Shown here piece after piece: positions 30,601 through 43,048 of a DNA stretch of 64,000 nt. The stretch is from contig CAWEXU010000030.1 of assembly GCA_963813075.1 (NCBI GenBank), forward strand, positions 1 to 64,000, in the 5' to 3' direction. Both the position numbers and the translations under genes were made by a program. The stretch's first letter is position 1; every line of letters starts with the position of its first letter. The notes beneath the pieces are model-generated. The model saw only the letters and a program-made list of their open reading frames with translations. It had not been told where the DNA came from and did no database searches. The stretch is from Methanotrichaceae archaeon. Its GTDB lineage: Archaea; Halobacteriota; Methanosarcinia; Methanotrichales; Methanotrichaceae.

Positions 30601-33600
30601 CACCGCTGCGCCCGCTACCTGGGGACTGGCCAGGTCTGCAGCCAGATCCACGACCTCTGGCGGGTTGTTTGGTACCGCCTCGACGACGAACTCCATCGTC
30701 CTTGAGCTGTCGCCCTCTGGATTGTGATTGTTATCTCGGGTCCGCACCTCGATCATATGCGAGCCGATGTTCTCGCGGTGGTGGTCCAGGTCCAGCTCGG
30801 GCTCTCAGCGAACTCGGTCTGAGCCACGCCGTCCAGGAGGAACTGGTACTGCAGTGGATCGTTCTCAGGATCGGATGCCGCGGCAGTGAAGGTCACCGCT
30901 GCGCCCGCTATCTGTGGGCTGGCCAGGTCTGCAGCCAGATCCACAACTTCTGGCGGGTTGTTTGGTACCGCCTCGACGACGAACTCCATCGTCCTTGAGC
31001 TGTCGCCATCTGGATTGTGATTGTTATCTCGGGTCCGCACCTCGATTATGTGCGATCCGATGCTCTCGCAGTGGTGGTCCAGGTCCAGCTCGGGCTCTCA
31101 GCGAACTCGGTCTGAGCCACGCCGTCCAGGAGGAACATGAACTCTAGTGGATCGCTCTCAGGATCAGATGTCGCGGCAGTGAAGGTCACCGCTGCCCCAG
31201 CTACCTGTGGACTGGCCAGGTCTGCAGCCAGATCCACGACCTCTGGCGGGTTGTTTGGTACCGCCTCGACGACGAACTCCATCGTCCTTGAGCTGTCGCC
31301 ATCTGGATTGTGATTGTTATCTCGGGTCCGCACCTCGATCATGTGCGAGCCGATGCTCTCAGCAGTGGTGGTCCAGGTCCAGCTCGGGCTCTCAGCGAAC
31401 TCGGTCTGAGCCATGCCATCCAGGAAGAACTGGTACTGCAGTGGATCGCTCTCAGGATCAGATGCCGCGGCAGTGAAGGTCACCGCGGCGCCAGCTACCT
31501 GTGGGACTGGCCAGGTCTGCAGCCAGATCCACTACTTCTGGCGGGTTGTTTGGTACCGCCTCGACGACGAACTCCATCGTCCTTGAGCTGTCGCCATCTG
31601 GATTGTGATTGTTATCTCGGGTCCGCACCTCGATCATGTGCGATCCAATGCTCTCAGCAGTGGTGGTCCAGGTCCAGCTCGGGCTCTCAGCGAACTCGGT
31701 CTGAGCCACGCCATCCAGGAAGAACTGAGTACTGCAGTGGATCGTTCTCAGGATCGGATGCCGCGGCAGTGAAGGTCACCGCTGCGCCCGCTACCTGTGG
31801 ACTGGCCAGGTCTGCAGCCAGATCCACAACTTCTGGCGGGTTGTTTGGAACCGCCTCGACGACGAACTCCATCGTCCTTGAGCTGTCGCCATCTGGATTG
31901 TGATTGTTATCTCGGGTCCGCACCTCGATCATGTGCGAGCCGATGTTCTCGCGGTGGTGGTCCAGGTCCAGCTCGGGCTCTCAGCGAACTCGGTCTGAGC
32001 CACGCCATCCAGGAGGAACATGAACTGCTAATGGATCGCTCTCAGGATCAGATGCCGCGGCAGTGAAGGTCACCGCGGCGCCCAGCTACCTGTGGGCTGG
32101 CCAGGTCTGCAGCCAGATCCACAACTTCTGGCGGGTTGTTTGGAACCGCCTCGACGACGAACTCCATCGTCCTTGAGCTGTCGCCATCTGGATTGTGATT
32201 GTTATCTCGGGTCCGCACCTCGATCATATGCGAGCCGATGCTCTCGGCAGTGGTGGTCCAGGTCCAGCTCGGGCTCTCAGCGAACTCGGTCTGAGCCACG
32301 CCATCCAGGAAGAACTGGTACTGCAGTGGATCGTTCTCAGGATCAGATGCCGCGGCAGTGAAGGTCACCGCGGCGCCCAGCTACCTGTGGGACTGGCCAG
32401 GTCTGCAGCCAGATCCACGACTTCTGGCGGGTTGTTTGGTACCGCCTCGACGACGAACTCCATCGTCCTTGAGCTGTCGCCATCTGGATTGTGATTGTTA
32501 TCTCGGGTCCGCACCTCGATCATATGCGAGCCGATGTTCTCGGTGGTGGTGGTCCAGGTCCAGCTCGGGCTCTCAGCGAACTCGGTCTGAGCCACGCCAT
32601 CCAGGAAGAACTGGTACTGCAGTGGATCGTTCTCGGGATCAGATGCTGCGGCAGTGAAGGTCACCGCTGCGCCCGCTATCTGGGGACTGGGCTGATCGGC
32701 AAAAAGATCGACCACCTGGGGTGGATTGTTGGGTGGAGCCTCAATGGCGAACTGAGTCGTCTGAGAGCTGTCGCCCTGAGGATTATGGTTGTTGTCCCGC
32801 GTCCAGCACCTCGATGGTATGCGAGCCGATGTCCTGGCTAGAAGTAGCCCAGGTCCAGCTGGGATTATCGGTGAAATCCGTGCGCGGCTGGCCGTCAACC
32901 AGGAACATGAATTGCAGTGGATCGTTCTCGGGATCAGATGCCGCGGCGGTGAAGGTCACCGCTGCCCCGGCTATCTGGGGGCTGGGCTGATCTGCGGCAA
33001 GGCCAACCACCTGGGGTGGATTGTTTGGCACCGAGCCTCAATGGCGAACTGAGTCGTCTGAGAGCTGTCGCCCTGAGGATTATGGTTGTTGTCCCGCACC
33101 AGCACCTCGATGGTATGCGAGCCGATGTCCTGGCCAGAGGTGGCCCAGGTCCAGCTGGGATTATTGGCAAAATCCGTGCGCGGCTGGCCGTCAACCAGGA
33201 ACATGAATTGCAGTGGATCGTTCTCGGGATCAGATGCCGCCGCGGTGAAGGTCACCGCTGCCCCTGCAATCAGGGGGCTGGGCTGATCGGCATTCAGGCC
33301 TGCCACTTGAGGAGGCTGATTCACCGGCGCTGCCACGGATTCTGGAACCTCTACTATCGGCTGCTCCAGCACAGGAGCCTGCTCCACTACGGGAACTGCG
33401 GCAGGCGGGCTGACCACTGCCGGAACCTCAGGAGCGGTTATCTGATACTCTATAATCTTCTCATTGGGCTTGAAGTCCTGACTGGTATGCATTGCATCCC
33501 TTACCAGCACTTTGATCTGGTAAGCTCCCGGATTCAATGTTGCCGTGTTCCAGGTCCAGGTGTTCTCCTCGATCCATTGCGTCAATGGGACCCATGGATC

Positions 33601-33990
33601 CTTCGTTGGATCTATGATAGATGGATCCTTTATCCGGAACATGTACGATATGGGATCGTTCTCAGGGTCCTCTGCTTTGACCGTCCATTTTATGGCAGTC
33701 CCTTGAGGCTGGGGACTGAGCCGGTCCAGCTCGACGCTTATGATTACAGGTGCCTGATTTCCGCTATCCGAAAATGCTGAATCCTGCCCTGGGAAGCCTA
33801 TCCCTTCAGGAAATCCCCCGGGCTGGCCCTGCGCATAGGCGAATGCATTCAAGAACACGCCTATGAACAGGATCATAGCAAGGACAAGAAACTGCTTACT
33901 GTATCTATGATTAAGCAAATTTTTTAATTTTACATTAATTCCATACTTACTATCTTTTTCACTTTTATGCATTTTATCCTCACACTCCAC
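24688..33990 (-). CDS. Giant (~3,100 aa) repetitive cell-surface protein with Ig-like repeats and SdrD-B/Cna-B-like domains; frameshifted within the tandem array
   Basis: Signal peptide in ORF 32971-33990; the same repeat continues through all fragments into the 2022-aa ORF; six SG..x.D.NGxG domains; six C-terminal Trp/Tyr-rich repeats. Confidence 0.88.
30075..33320. repeat. Tandem array of ~11 units of ~294 bp (98 aa)
   Basis: The motif gcacctcgat recurs near 30155, 30450, 30743, 31036, 31330, 31625, 31920, 32214, 32510, 32805 and 33102. Confidence 0.92.
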
Positions 33991-34168
33991 CTAACCCACT
34001 TCCTGTAAACGGCCTTGCGGCCGGGAACTATTATCTGATGTTATCCGATCCACCATCCGGGATTATGAACCTATTTTTCACATAGAGGCTCTATCAAAGC
34101 CAGCTTCCGGGCCCAATCTCATGTGAAACCTCTGTGAGCCCTGTATGGATCTGGATCAGCCGCGCACT

Positions 34169-34675
34169 TCAGGCAAAGGGGTGCTTTGCGGTGCTCTTCG
34201 CTGCCAGGATATCCACTGGCTTTGGCTCCCTTTTCGCAGCGCGCTCTATGGCAATTTTCGTGGCCTGATAATTATATTCGTAAATCTTATCTTTATCTTT
34301 CGCATCCCACTCCACAAATACAGACACTATAATAAAAAGATCATCCGCCAGCTCCTCAGGCAAAACGCCCGACTCGACGCAATCCATCACCGCTCGTGCC
34401 ACTGCTGCCTGCACCGGGCCGAAGACCATTGTTGCCTGCCCGGCATTCTTTATGGTAACCTTGTTGACCATCAGAGTTGAGGGCTTGACCGGCAGGTTGG
34501 GCGCGAGGACGGCCAGCAATGGGGTATGTCCCCTGGATGGCGATGCCAGTGCTCTGACGAACGCCTTTTCCACCGGGCTGTCCCTGGGTCCCATAACCAG
34601 ATCAATATGCGCTACCTCGGGCCCCTCTCCGACCAGCGCTTCACCCACCAGCACCCTCTGAAAAGATTGCGTCAT
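34169..34675 (-). CDS. fae: Formaldehyde-activating enzyme (stand-alone)
   Basis: VGEALVGEGPEVAHIDL..GHTPLLAVLAPNL.VKP.T..NKVTIK..FGPVQAAVA..NY.ATK.AI..HPF. Confidence 0.93.
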   Translation of the reverse strand: MTQSFQRVLVGEALVGEGPEVAHIDLVMGPRDSPVEKAFVRALASPSRGHTPLLAVLAPNLPVKPSTLMVNKVTIKNAGQATMVFGPVQAAVARAVMDCVESGVLPEELADDLFIIVSVFVEWDAKDKDKIYEYNYQATKIAIERAAKREPKPVDILAAKSTAKHPFA

Positions 34676-34766
34676 AATCGAACCCTTTTGTCTTTTTCAT
34701 ATAAATGTGTAATCTAAGCAGGCAGCCAAAAAATATATCATCATAATGCAATGCATTGATTCACTA

Positions 34767-35312
34767 ATGCGAGTGCTGGTAATCAACAACTATGGACAGT
34801 TCAATCACCTTATCCGGCGCAGCATCCGGGATAAGGTGGACTGTGACCTCATCTCCAACCAAACGCCGCCAGAGGACATCGATGCCGATGGCCTGATACT
34901 GGGAGGGGGACCATCACTGGATCGCGCCGGAAACTGTCGCGATTATCTTTTGAAGCTGGACATTCCCATCCTGGGAATCTGCCTGGGGATGCAGATCATG
35001 GGCACCACCTTTGGAGGTCAGGTCATGCCTGGCAGCATCGGTGGCTATGCCCAGGTGGATGTGGAACTGGTGGATGAGGACGACATCCTGAAAGGGCTCC
35101 CGGCGAAATTCAAGACCTGGGCCTCCCATGCCGACCAGGTATCCCAGCTTCCTCCTGATTTCCAGAGGCTTGCTACCTCCAGGATCTGCGATGTCGAAGC
35201 CATGAAACACCTGAACAGGCCTCTTTATGGAGTGCAGTGGCATCCAGAGGTGGTGCATACTGAGTACGGCGGAGAGCTTCTAGATAATTTTATAAATGTT
35301 TGCCGGAGATGA
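34767..35312 (+). CDS. guaAA: GMP synthase subunit A (glutamine amidotransferase)
   Basis: NNYGQFNHLI, ILGGGPS, GICLGMQ, SHADQV and GVQWHPEV.HT. Confidence 0.92.
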   Translation: MRVLVINNYGQFNHLIRRSIRDKVDCDLISNQTPPEDIDADGLILGGGPSLDRAGNCRDYLLKLDIPILGICLGMQIMGTTFGGQVMPGSIGGYAQVDVELVDEDDILKGLPAKFKTWASHADQVSQLPPDFQRLATSRICDVEAMKHLNRPLYGVQWHPEVVHTEYGGELLDNFINVCRR

Positions 35313-35959
35313 TCCCTTTCCAGAAGGATTTCCTGATAGGAGAGCTCAAGAGGTCATATGCCGCCGCTTTGCGCCTCTCCGTCCAGTCCCTGGCCCAAGA
35401 GATCAATGATATCGGATTTCAGTGTCTGGGCTGCGGCCAATGCTGCCAGGGCGACGATAACAGCGTGGTCGTCTTTCCCTTTGAGATAAGAAGGATCATG
35501 GCAAAGACGGATCTGGATTGGCTGCAGATTGCCCGGCCTCCAAAAGATGGTGAATGGGACAGCAACGGCGACTTCCATACCCTGGAATGGAGGCTCAAGA
35601 AAATAGGATCTGGCTGCCGGTTCTACCAGAAAGGGAAGTGCGCCATCTATAGCTTCCGCCCACTTCTCTGCCGGACCTATCCCTTCTACCTGGTGGAGGG
35701 CGAGCTATGCTGCTCAGAGTGCTCGGGCCTGGGGCGGAAAATAGAGATGGATAGGGCCAGGGAGATCGCCGGGCAGCTAATTTTGCGCCATATCACTGAG
35801 ATAAAGGAAGCAATAGCCCTCACGGAAAGGTACGAGGACTTCCAGAGGGGCAGCTGCCAGGAGGGCGGCTCATATGTGGTCCACGACAGCGAGGGAGAGC
35901 ACAGATTCCCGCGATTCACTGCACCGCGCTCTTCACCTCATCCACGATCTTGTCAATGA
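35300..35959 (+). CDS. YkgJ/CxxCxxCC-family cysteine-cluster protein
   Basis: FQCLGCGQCC..C.FY...C.IY..RP.LCRTYPF. Confidence 0.85.
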   Translation: MPEMIPFQKDFLIGELKRSYAAALRLSVQSLAQEINDIGFQCLGCGQCCQGDDNSVVVFPFEIRRIMAKTDLDWLQIARPPKDGEWDSNGDFHTLEWRLKKIGSGCRFYQKGKCAIYSFRPLLCRTYPFYLVEGELCCSECSGLGRKIEMDRAREIAGQLILRHITEIKEAIALTERYEDFQRGSCQEGGSYVVHDSEGEHRFPRFTAPRSSPHPRSCQ

Positions 35960-37080
35960 GGCTTTTCTCCTTCTCTTTCTCGGTCGGAGCCTGCTTCGGC
36001 TCGCCAAACTCCTCTGCCAGCTCCTCCAACAGCTGCCTTTGCCGGGCAGAGAGAGCAGCAGGAGTCTTTATCTTAACCTTAACATGCAGGTCGCCAGAGC
36101 CCGATCCATGCAGCCTGGGCATGCCTTTTCCTCTCAAGCGGAAGACCGTTCCGGTCTGGGTTCCAGCAGGCACCTTGATCCTGGCCCGGCCGTTCAGGGT
36201 GGGGACCTCCAGATCCGCACCTAAAGCGGCCTGAGTGAAGCTGATGGGGGTTTCCATGACAAGGTCGCTATCTATCCGCTGGAAGACCCGGTGGGCCAGG
36301 ACATTTATAACCACATAAAGGTCGCCGGAGACGCCCTTGGGGCCGGCAGAATCCCCCTGGCCGCGAAGCTTGAGGTGCTGGCCCTCCTCCACTCCCGCCG
36401 GGATCTTGATATTGATCTTGCGGGATTTTTTCACCCTGCCCGAACCGCTGCAATCCTCACAGGGGCTGGTGATGATCTCCCCTCTGCCGCCGCAGGCATG
36501 GCAGGAGGTGGAGGTGACCATCTGGCCGAATGGGGTATTCTGGGCCCGGGTTACCTGACCCGAGCCTCGACAGGTGCTGCAGGTGACGGGCGTTGTGCCG
36601 GGCTTGGCCCCGCTGCCCTGGCATTTGGGGCAGCTTTCCGTGCGCGGGACCTCGATGGTCGTCTCCAGACCTGCCGCCGCCTGCTCCAGGGTTAGATCGA
36701 TGTCATAGCGAAGGTCCCGTCCTCTGGCCGGACCCCGCCGTCCTCCCCCTCCGCCGAAGAACATATCGAAGATGCTCTCGCCGCCCCATGCCAAAGCCCC
36801 GGAGAAGATCCTCGAAGTTCACATTCCGGAACAGGTCCTCCTGCGAGTACTGGCTGTTGATTCCCGCATGGCCGAACTGGTCGTACTTCTGCCGCTTATC
36901 CGGATCGGATAGGACCGCATAAGCCTCAGAGAGCTCCTTGAACTTCTCCTCCGCACCGGGATCATCTGACCGGTCGGGGTGATGTTTCATGGCGAGCTTG
37001 CGGTAGGCAGCCTTGAGATCCTTCTCGCTGACGTCCTTGGATACCCCAAGCACCTCATAGTAGTCCTTCTTATCCGGCAT
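35916..37080 (-). CDS. dnaJ: Chaperone DnaJ (frameshift near 36790)
   Basis: J domain with HPD, CxxCxGxG repeats and C-terminal domain split across two ORFs. Confidence 0.95.
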
Positions 37081-37108
37081 GATACAATCAGTTCCTTTCT
37101 ACTCCAAT

Positions 37109-38977
37109 TTACTTCTTCTCGTTTACTACCTCGTAGTCTGCATCCACCGTCTGATCCTGCCCTTGGGAGCTGGGACCCTCCTCCGGGCCGGGGCCCTGAC
37201 CAGCCTGTCCCTGCTGAGCCTGCTGCTCTTGCGCTGCTTTCTGGTACATGGCGGCGGAAAGCTCGTAGATTGCATTCTGCAGGCTCTCGGTCTTGGCCTT
37301 GATCTCGGAGATATCGCCGCCGGTCTGGGCGTTCTTCAGGTCGCTGATGCCTTTCTCGATCTTCTCCTTCTGCTCAGGAGTGGCAATGTCGCCTGCATCT
37401 TTGAGCATCTTCTCCGAAGCATAGACCAGAGATTCTGCGGCATTCTTGACCTCAATCTCCTCTTTTCTCTTCAGGTCGTCAGCGGCGAACCTCTCAGCAT
37501 CCCGGATCTTGGAATCGATCTCCTCTTTGCTCAGTTTATGGGGAGCGGTGATGGTTATCCTCTGCTCTTTCTTGGTGGCCAGATCCTTGGCGGAGACATG
37601 AATTATGCCATTGGCATCGATATCGAATGTGACCTCGATCTGAGGTATGCCCCGGGGAGCAGGAGGAATGCCGACCAGAGTGAACCTGCCCAGAGAGACA
37701 TTGTCCTTGGCCATGGGCCTCTCTCCCTGGAGGACATTGACCTCCACGCTGGTCTGGTTATCGGCAGCGGTGGTGAATATCTGGCTCTGTCTGGTGGGAA
37801 TGGTGGTGTTCCTCTCGATCAGCTTGGTGGTTACCGCTCCCAGGGTCTCTATGCCTAAAGAGAGCGGAGTTACATCCAAGAGCAGCAGATCCTTGACCTC
37901 TCCGCCCAGGACGCCCGCCTGAATCGCTGCACCCGTGGCCACGCATTCCATGGGGTCTACGCCCCGTTCGATGTCCTTTCCCATGAAGTTCTTCACGAAC
38001 TCCTGCACCATAGGCATCCTGGTTGGACCGCCCACCAGAATGATCTTGCCGATATCGGACTTCTCCAGCTTGGAGTCGTTCAATGCCTGGATCATCGGGC
38101 CTCGGCAGCGCTCGAGCACATCTCCCACCAGCTCCTCCAGTTTGGAGCGGGGGATGGTCATGCTCAGATGCTTGGGGCCGCTGGCATCGGCGGTGATATA
38201 AGGCAGATTCAGGTTGGTCTGCAGGACGCTGGATAGCTCTATCTTCGCCACCTCAACCGCTTCCCTCAGGCGCTGCATGGCCATGGAATCGCCGCGCAGA
38301 TCAACTCCCGACTCCTGCTTGAACCGGTCTAAGACATAGTTCGTCAGCCGGTCGTCCATATCCCGGCCTCCGAGCTGAGTGTCGCCCGATGTGGACAGGA
38401 CCTCGAATACCCCTTCGCCGATCTCCATTATGGTGACATCCAGGGTCCCTCCGCCCAGGTCGAAGACCATGATCTTATGCTCGCCTACCTTGTCCAGGCC
38501 GAAGGCAAGAGCTGCTGCGGTGGGCTCATTGATGATGCGAACGACCTCCAGGCCAGCGATGGTGCCGGCGTCCTTGGTGGCCTGCCTCTGGTTGTCATTG
38601 AAGTAGGCGGGGACGGTGATTACCGCTTTGTCCACGCTGTCAGCCAGATAGGTCTCAGCATCGGTCTTGATCTTTCTCAGGATCTGGGCGGAGATATCCT
38701 CGGGACTGTACTCCTTGCCGAAAACCCTGACCTTGTAGTCCGTGCCCATCTTTCTCTTTATTCCCTGAACAGTCCCCTCGGGATTGGTTACCGACTGCCT
38801 CTTTGCTGGCTCTCCCACCAGAACCTGACCATCTTTGGTGAAGGCGACATAGGAGGGAAAAGCCTTACCACCGATGCTTGTTCCTTCTGCGCTGGGAATT
38901 ATGGTGGGCCGGCCACCGATTAGAACTGCTGCTGCCGAGTTGCTGGTTCCAAGATCAATGCCTATAATTTTTGACAA
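37109..38977 (-). CDS. dnaK: Chaperone DnaK
   Basis: [24 protein letters not shown] and [14 protein letters not shown]. Confidence 0.98.
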   Translation of the reverse strand: MSKIIGIDLGTSNSAAAVLIGGRPTIIPSAEGTSIGGKAFPSYVAFTKDGQVLVGEPAKRQSVTNPEGTVQGIKRKMGTDYKVRVFGKEYSPEDISAQILRKIKTDAETYLADSVDKAVITVPAYFNDNQRQATKDAGTIAGLEVVRIINEPTAAALAFGLDKVGEHKIMVFDLGGGTLDVTIMEIGEGVFEVLSTSGDTQLGGRDMDDRLTNYVLDRFKQESGVDLRGDSMAMQRLREAVEVAKIELSSVLQTNLNLPYITADASGPKHLSMTIPRSKLEELVGDVLERCRGPMIQALNDSKLEKSDIGKIILVGGPTRMPMVQEFVKNFMGKDIERGVDPMECVATGAAIQAGVLGGEVKDLLLLDVTPLSLGIETLGAVTTKLIERNTTIPTRQSQIFTTAADNQTSVEVNVLQGERPMAKDNVSLGRFTLVGIPPAPRGIPQIEVTFDIDANGIIHVSAKDLATKKEQRITITAPHKLSKEEIDSKIRDAERFAADDLKRKEEIEVKNAAESLVYASEKMLKDAGDIATPEQKEKIEKGISDLKNAQTGGDISEIKAKTESLQNAIYELSAAMYQKAAQEQQAQQGQAGQGPGPEEGPSSQGQDQTVDADYEVVNEKK

Positions 38978-39065
38978 GATTCCATCTCCTGAACTTAGTG
39001 TATGCTAATACTCTGTAAATATTTAAACTTTTCATCATATCTTTTCAATTTTATCTCAACACGCC

Positions 39066-39584
39066 CTAACTATAGCCTTCTTCTTTCAGGGGCTTATTTA
39101 CTGACACCTTGGAGAAGCGAATGACCCGAGAATTGAACAGATAGCCTTTCTGTATCTCCTCGGCCACCACGTCCTCTTCCATATCATCCTTCTTCACCTG
39201 AAACAAGGCTTCATGCCGGTAGGGATCGAACTTCTTGCCAACTGCTTGTATGGGAACGAGCCCCTCATTGGAGAGTATGCCTAAAAGCTGCATGTAGAGC
39301 ACCTTTTGGCCCTCGTCGTGCTTTGCCGCCTGCTCGAGGCTGTCGAGCACGGGGAGAAGCTTATGGACGAGCTTTTCTGAGGCATAACGGATGGTATCCT
39401 CCTTCTCCCGAACCGATCGCTTCATCAGATTGTCGAGATCTGCCCGGCAACGAGTCAATTGATCCAGACGCTCCTCAGATAGGATCTGCGTCTTGTGCAG
39501 CTCCTGTTCCAGTTCATCTATTCTGGCTGCTAAGGGGCTCACATCCTCTTCGTCCTGAGAGCTCACATCCATATCATCATCCAT
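39066..39584 (-). CDS. grpE: Nucleotide exchange factor GrpE
   Basis: ADLDNL.KR, LLPVLDSL, FDP..HEA and QKGY..RVIR; directly upstream of dnaK. Confidence 0.95.
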   Translation of the reverse strand: MDDDMDVSSQDEEDVSPLAARIDELEQELHKTQILSEERLDQLTRCRADLDNLMKRSVREKEDTIRYASEKLVHKLLPVLDSLEQAAKHDEGQKVLYMQLLGILSNEGLVPIQAVGKKFDPYRHEALFQVKKDDMEEDVVAEEIQKGYLFNSRVIRFSKVSVNKPLKEEGYS

Positions 39585-39659
39585 TTTGCTTCACCCGAAA
39601 TATCATTGTTCCGATCGAAGGGGAGGATTCAGGCATTACTGCCTGATTCCATGATTCCA

Positions 39660-41300
39660 TCAATAGTGAGGCATTGGCATCTGGGGCATGGTATAGTCAT
39701 GAGGGCTCTGACCGGGCTTGGGCGCCATCTCCTCCCTCTTGGAGGCGATGACATCGTCCACCCGCAGGACCATGGTGGCGGCTTCAGCTGCAGACTTGAT
39801 GGCCTGGGTCTTCACCTTTAATGGCTCGACCACACCCTGGGCCATCATATCCCCTGGCTCGCCGGATTCGATATCCAATCCATAGCCCTTGCCCTGGGAA
39901 AGTTTCGCCCTCAAAGCGACCAGACAGTCCACGGGATCGAATCCCGAGTTCTCGGCCAGGGCAAATGGAATGGCCTCCACCGCATCGGCAAAAGCGCGGA
40001 TGGCCAGCTGCTCTCTTCCCTCCAGGGTGGAGGCAAACTGCCTGAGATTCTCGGCCACCAGGATCTCCGGGGCTCCTCCTCCGGGGACGATCTTTCCGGA
40101 GCGAATGACGTCCATAACCACATTCAAAGAGTCATCCAAGGCCCGTTCCATCTCCTCTAAGAGCTGATCTGAGGCACCATGGAGGATGATCGACACCGCT
40201 TTTGCTTTTTCACAACCTTCAACGAAGATCATATGCTTTTCCTTGCCCACCCGTCTCTCCTCTACCAGGGCAGCTGATCCCAGGTCCTCCGGCCGCAACT
40301 GCATTACGTCACCCACCAGCTTCCCACCGGTTGCCAGGGCCAGCATCTTCAAATCCTCTCTCTTGACCCGGCGCACAGCTAAAATTCCCTGATTGGCCAG
40401 GTAGCCCTGGGCAAATACCCCAATTCCCTTCTCGCAGAATACCACATTTGCCCCGGCAGCAACGATGGCGTCGACCTGCTCCTTGATGATCTTCTCCTCA
40501 CCCTCCTTGAAGCTGGAGAGATTCTTGGCTTCGGTTATGGTTATCTTGGCATCAGTTCCCAGCTTCTTCAGCTCCAGGGTGCCTTCGAGGAGCATAATCC
40601 GGGCATTTTTGATCGACTTTGGCATCTGGGGAGTGGTCCTCTCCTTGTCCAGCACTATGCCGTGGTTTAAGGATGAGTCCTCGACCCTGCCGCCAGGAAT
40701 TCGGATCATCTTGATGTTCTCTTCGATATCCTTGCCCTCAAATCCTACCACCGCCTGTGCCGCTTCAACTGTGATCAGGGAAAGCTTATCCATGGCCAGC
40801 TCAATGCCCTTTCCTCTCATGGCGGTCTGGGCAATCTTGAGGAGCATCTCCCGGTCACCGGATACATCTATGGCCATCTGCTTCAGTACCTCCTGGGCCC
40901 GAGAAGCAGCCTGCTTGTATCCCTGCACAATAACTGTGGGGTGGACATCCTGATCTAGGAGGACCTCCGCCTTTTCCAGCAGCTTTCCGGCGATGATCAC
41001 GGCCGTGGTGGTGCCATCCCCAATCTCATCATCCTGGGCTCTTGCCACCTCCACTATCATCTTGGCCACAGGATTCTCTATGTCCATCTCCCGGAGGATG
41101 GTTGCACCGTCATTGGTGATGGTTGCATCTCCGCTGCTATCGATTAGCATCTTATCCATGCCCTTGGGCCCAAGAGTCGTCCGGACCGCCTCAGCCACCG
41201 CTTTCGCCGCTAGTATGTTCCTGTGCTGAGCATCCTTTCCGCCCTCACGCTTGCTTCCTTCCTTCAGTATGATTACTGGTACACCGCTCAAACCTGCCAA
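39660..41300 (-). CDS. Thermosome (group II chaperonin) subunit
   Basis: [26 protein letters not shown] and VPGGGA.E. Confidence 0.96.
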   Translation of the reverse strand: MAGLSGVPVIILKEGSKREGGKDAQHRNILAAKAVAEAVRTTLGPKGMDKMLIDSSGDATITNDGATILREMDIENPVAKMIVEVARAQDDEIGDGTTTAVIIAGKLLEKAEVLLDQDVHPTVIVQGYKQAASRAQEVLKQMAIDVSGDREMLLKIAQTAMRGKGIELAMDKLSLITVEAAQAVVGFEGKDIEENIKMIRIPGGRVEDSSLNHGIVLDKERTTPQMPKSIKNARIMLLEGTLELKKLGTDAKITITEAKNLSSFKEGEEKIIKEQVDAIVAAGANVVFCEKGIGVFAQGYLANQGILAVRRVKREDLKMLALATGGKLVGDVMQLRPEDLGSAALVEERRVGKEKHMIFVEGCEKAKAVSIILHGASDQLLEEMERALDDSLNVVMDVIRSGKIVPGGGAPEILVAENLRQFASTLEGREQLAIRAFADAVEAIPFALAENSGFDPVDCLVALRAKLSQGKGYGLDIESGEPGDMMAQGVVEPLKVKTQAIKSAAEAATMVLRVDDVIASKREEMAPKPGQSPHDYTMPQMPMPHY

Positions 41301-41613
41301 ACCTTAGTCCTCCCCGACGTTTTTCTTAGTACGAGTTTGAAGTTCTATATAAAGAATTCGCATGATTCGCATCGTCATAGTTATCTGTCCAGGCATACAT
41401 ATAGTCTATATAGGAAGGTCTATATAGCCTGGCCCCGATCTCAGATGGATGTCTGCCTATCGATGCATTCTCTCAAAGCAAATGGAGTTGAGATGTCCTC
41501 CACCAAAAGCCACGACCACAGGTATCGGCAACAAATGCTCAAAAATCGCCCGGCAACAAGCCGCGAGATGAGCCTAGGACAGGAATGCCCCGAGAAGATA
41601 AAAGGGATATGCT

Positions 41614-42360
41614 GTGACCTCAAAGATAGTCTCTGAAAATCTGAACCTCTGGTACGGGGAGAAGCAGGCCCTCAAGGACATCAGCCTGCAGATACCGGAA
41701 AAACAGATCACTGCCCTTATCGGCCCATCCGGCTGCGGCAAGTCTACATTCATTCGCTGCCTGAACCGGATGAACGATCTGGTGGCCAATGCTCGAATCG
41801 AGGGCCAGGTCTTCTATGAAGATATCGATATCTACGGGAAGGATACTGATGTGGTGGAGCTGCGCAAGAGAATAGGGATGGTATTCCAAAAGCCCAATCC
41901 GTTTCCCATGTCCATCTATGACAATATCGCTTATGGCCCCCGCATCCACGGGCAGAAAAATATCAATCAGATAGTGGAGCGCAGCCTTAAGGAGTCCGCC
42001 CTCTGGGAAGAGGTCAGCGAGAGATTGGACCAGCCAGCTTTAGGCCTTTCAGGAGGCCAGCAGCAGAGGCTGTGCATCGCCAGGACCCTGGCTATGCGGC
42101 CTGATGTCATCTTATTCGATGAGCCCTGCAGCGCATTGGACCCGATCTCAACCGGCAAGATCGAGAGCCTCATGGAGAGCCTTAAGGAAGAGTACACCCA
42201 GATAATAGTCACACACAACATGCAGCAAGCAGCCAGGATCTCTGACCGCACTGCCTTCTTCCTCCTCGGCGAGCTGATCGAGGTGGGAGAGACCAAGCAT
42301 ATCTTTGAAGTGCCGAAGATGAAGAGCACCGAGGATTATATCACCGGACGGTTCGGATGA
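41614..42360 (+). CDS. pstB: Phosphate ABC transporter ATP-binding protein
   Basis: [38 protein letters not shown] and YITGRFG. Confidence 0.96.
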   Translation: MTSKIVSENLNLWYGEKQALKDISLQIPEKQITALIGPSGCGKSTFIRCLNRMNDLVANARIEGQVFYEDIDIYGKDTDVVELRKRIGMVFQKPNPFPMSIYDNIAYGPRIHGQKNINQIVERSLKESALWEEVSERLDQPALGLSGGQQQRLCIARTLAMRPDVILFDEPCSALDPISTGKIESLMESLKEEYTQIIVTHNMQQAARISDRTAFFLLGELIEVGETKHIFEVPKMKSTEDYITGRFG

Positions 42361-42381
42361 ATCCAGGTGGGGGAAGATTGA

Positions 42382-43041
42382 ATGATCCCTTATAGACAGC
42401 GCTATCGCAAAGATCTTTCAGATCTGAAAAGCCTGACAAAGGATCTGGCCGATCATGTGGGCGACGCCATAGAAAAATCGGTCGTTGCCCTGTCCGAATC
42501 AAATGTGGACCAGGCAAGGGAGATCATCAAGAATGATCAGGACGTGGACGACCTGAGCATCAAGATCGAAAACCTTTGCCTGGAGCTCTTAGTGCTTCAG
42601 CAGCCTATGGCCAGGGATCTGAGGAGGATCATAGGAATCCTGAAGATCGGCATAGACCTGGAGAGAATAGGAGATCTGGCTGTGGATATAGCCAGGGTTA
42701 CCGCTCAGTCCCATAACAAGATTGAGATAACCAAGCTGGAATTCATACCCCGCATGGCGGAGGTCAGCAGAAAAATGCTCCGGGAGTCGATGGACGCCAT
42801 GATGAACGACGATGCCGATATGGCCCGCCAGATAACCAAATGGGATTATGAGATCGATGGGCTCTATGTCAAGGCAAGGGATAAGCTTCTGAAGATCGTA
42901 ATCGAACGGCCCGAAGTGATAAAGGAAGGGACCGCGCTGCTCATGGTGAACAGGCATCTGGAGAGGACGGGCGATCACATCTGCAACATCTGTGAGACAA
43001 TCGTCTACATGGTGGAAGCAAAGAGGGAACACCTGAATTAG
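42382..43041 (+). CDS. phoU: Phosphate signalling protein PhoU
   Basis: QQPMARDLR, DLERIGD and LERTGDH..NI.E. Confidence 0.94.
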   Translation: MIPYRQRYRKDLSDLKSLTKDLADHVGDAIEKSVVALSESNVDQAREIIKNDQDVDDLSIKIENLCLELLVLQQPMARDLRRIIGILKIGIDLERIGDLAVDIARVTAQSHNKIEITKLEFIPRMAEVSRKMLRESMDAMMNDDADMARQITKWDYEIDGLYVKARDKLLKIVIERPEVIKEGTALLMVNRHLERTGDHICNICETIVYMVEAKREHLN

Positions 43042-43048
43042 GAGGTTC

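Noticed and set aside
30075..33320. Tandem array as CRISPR or a non-coding satellite
   Set aside because: Units are ~294 bp coding repeats with no unique spacers.
34169..34675. fae and mtd in a presumed acetoclastic methanogen as a novelty
   Set aside because: H4MPT C1-pathway genes are already known in Methanothrix-type genomes.
37079..37858. Long antisense ORFs over dnaK, carB, the histidine kinase, cofG and the giant protein
   Set aside because: Shadow ORFs expected from GC-rich codon usage opposite well-supported genes.
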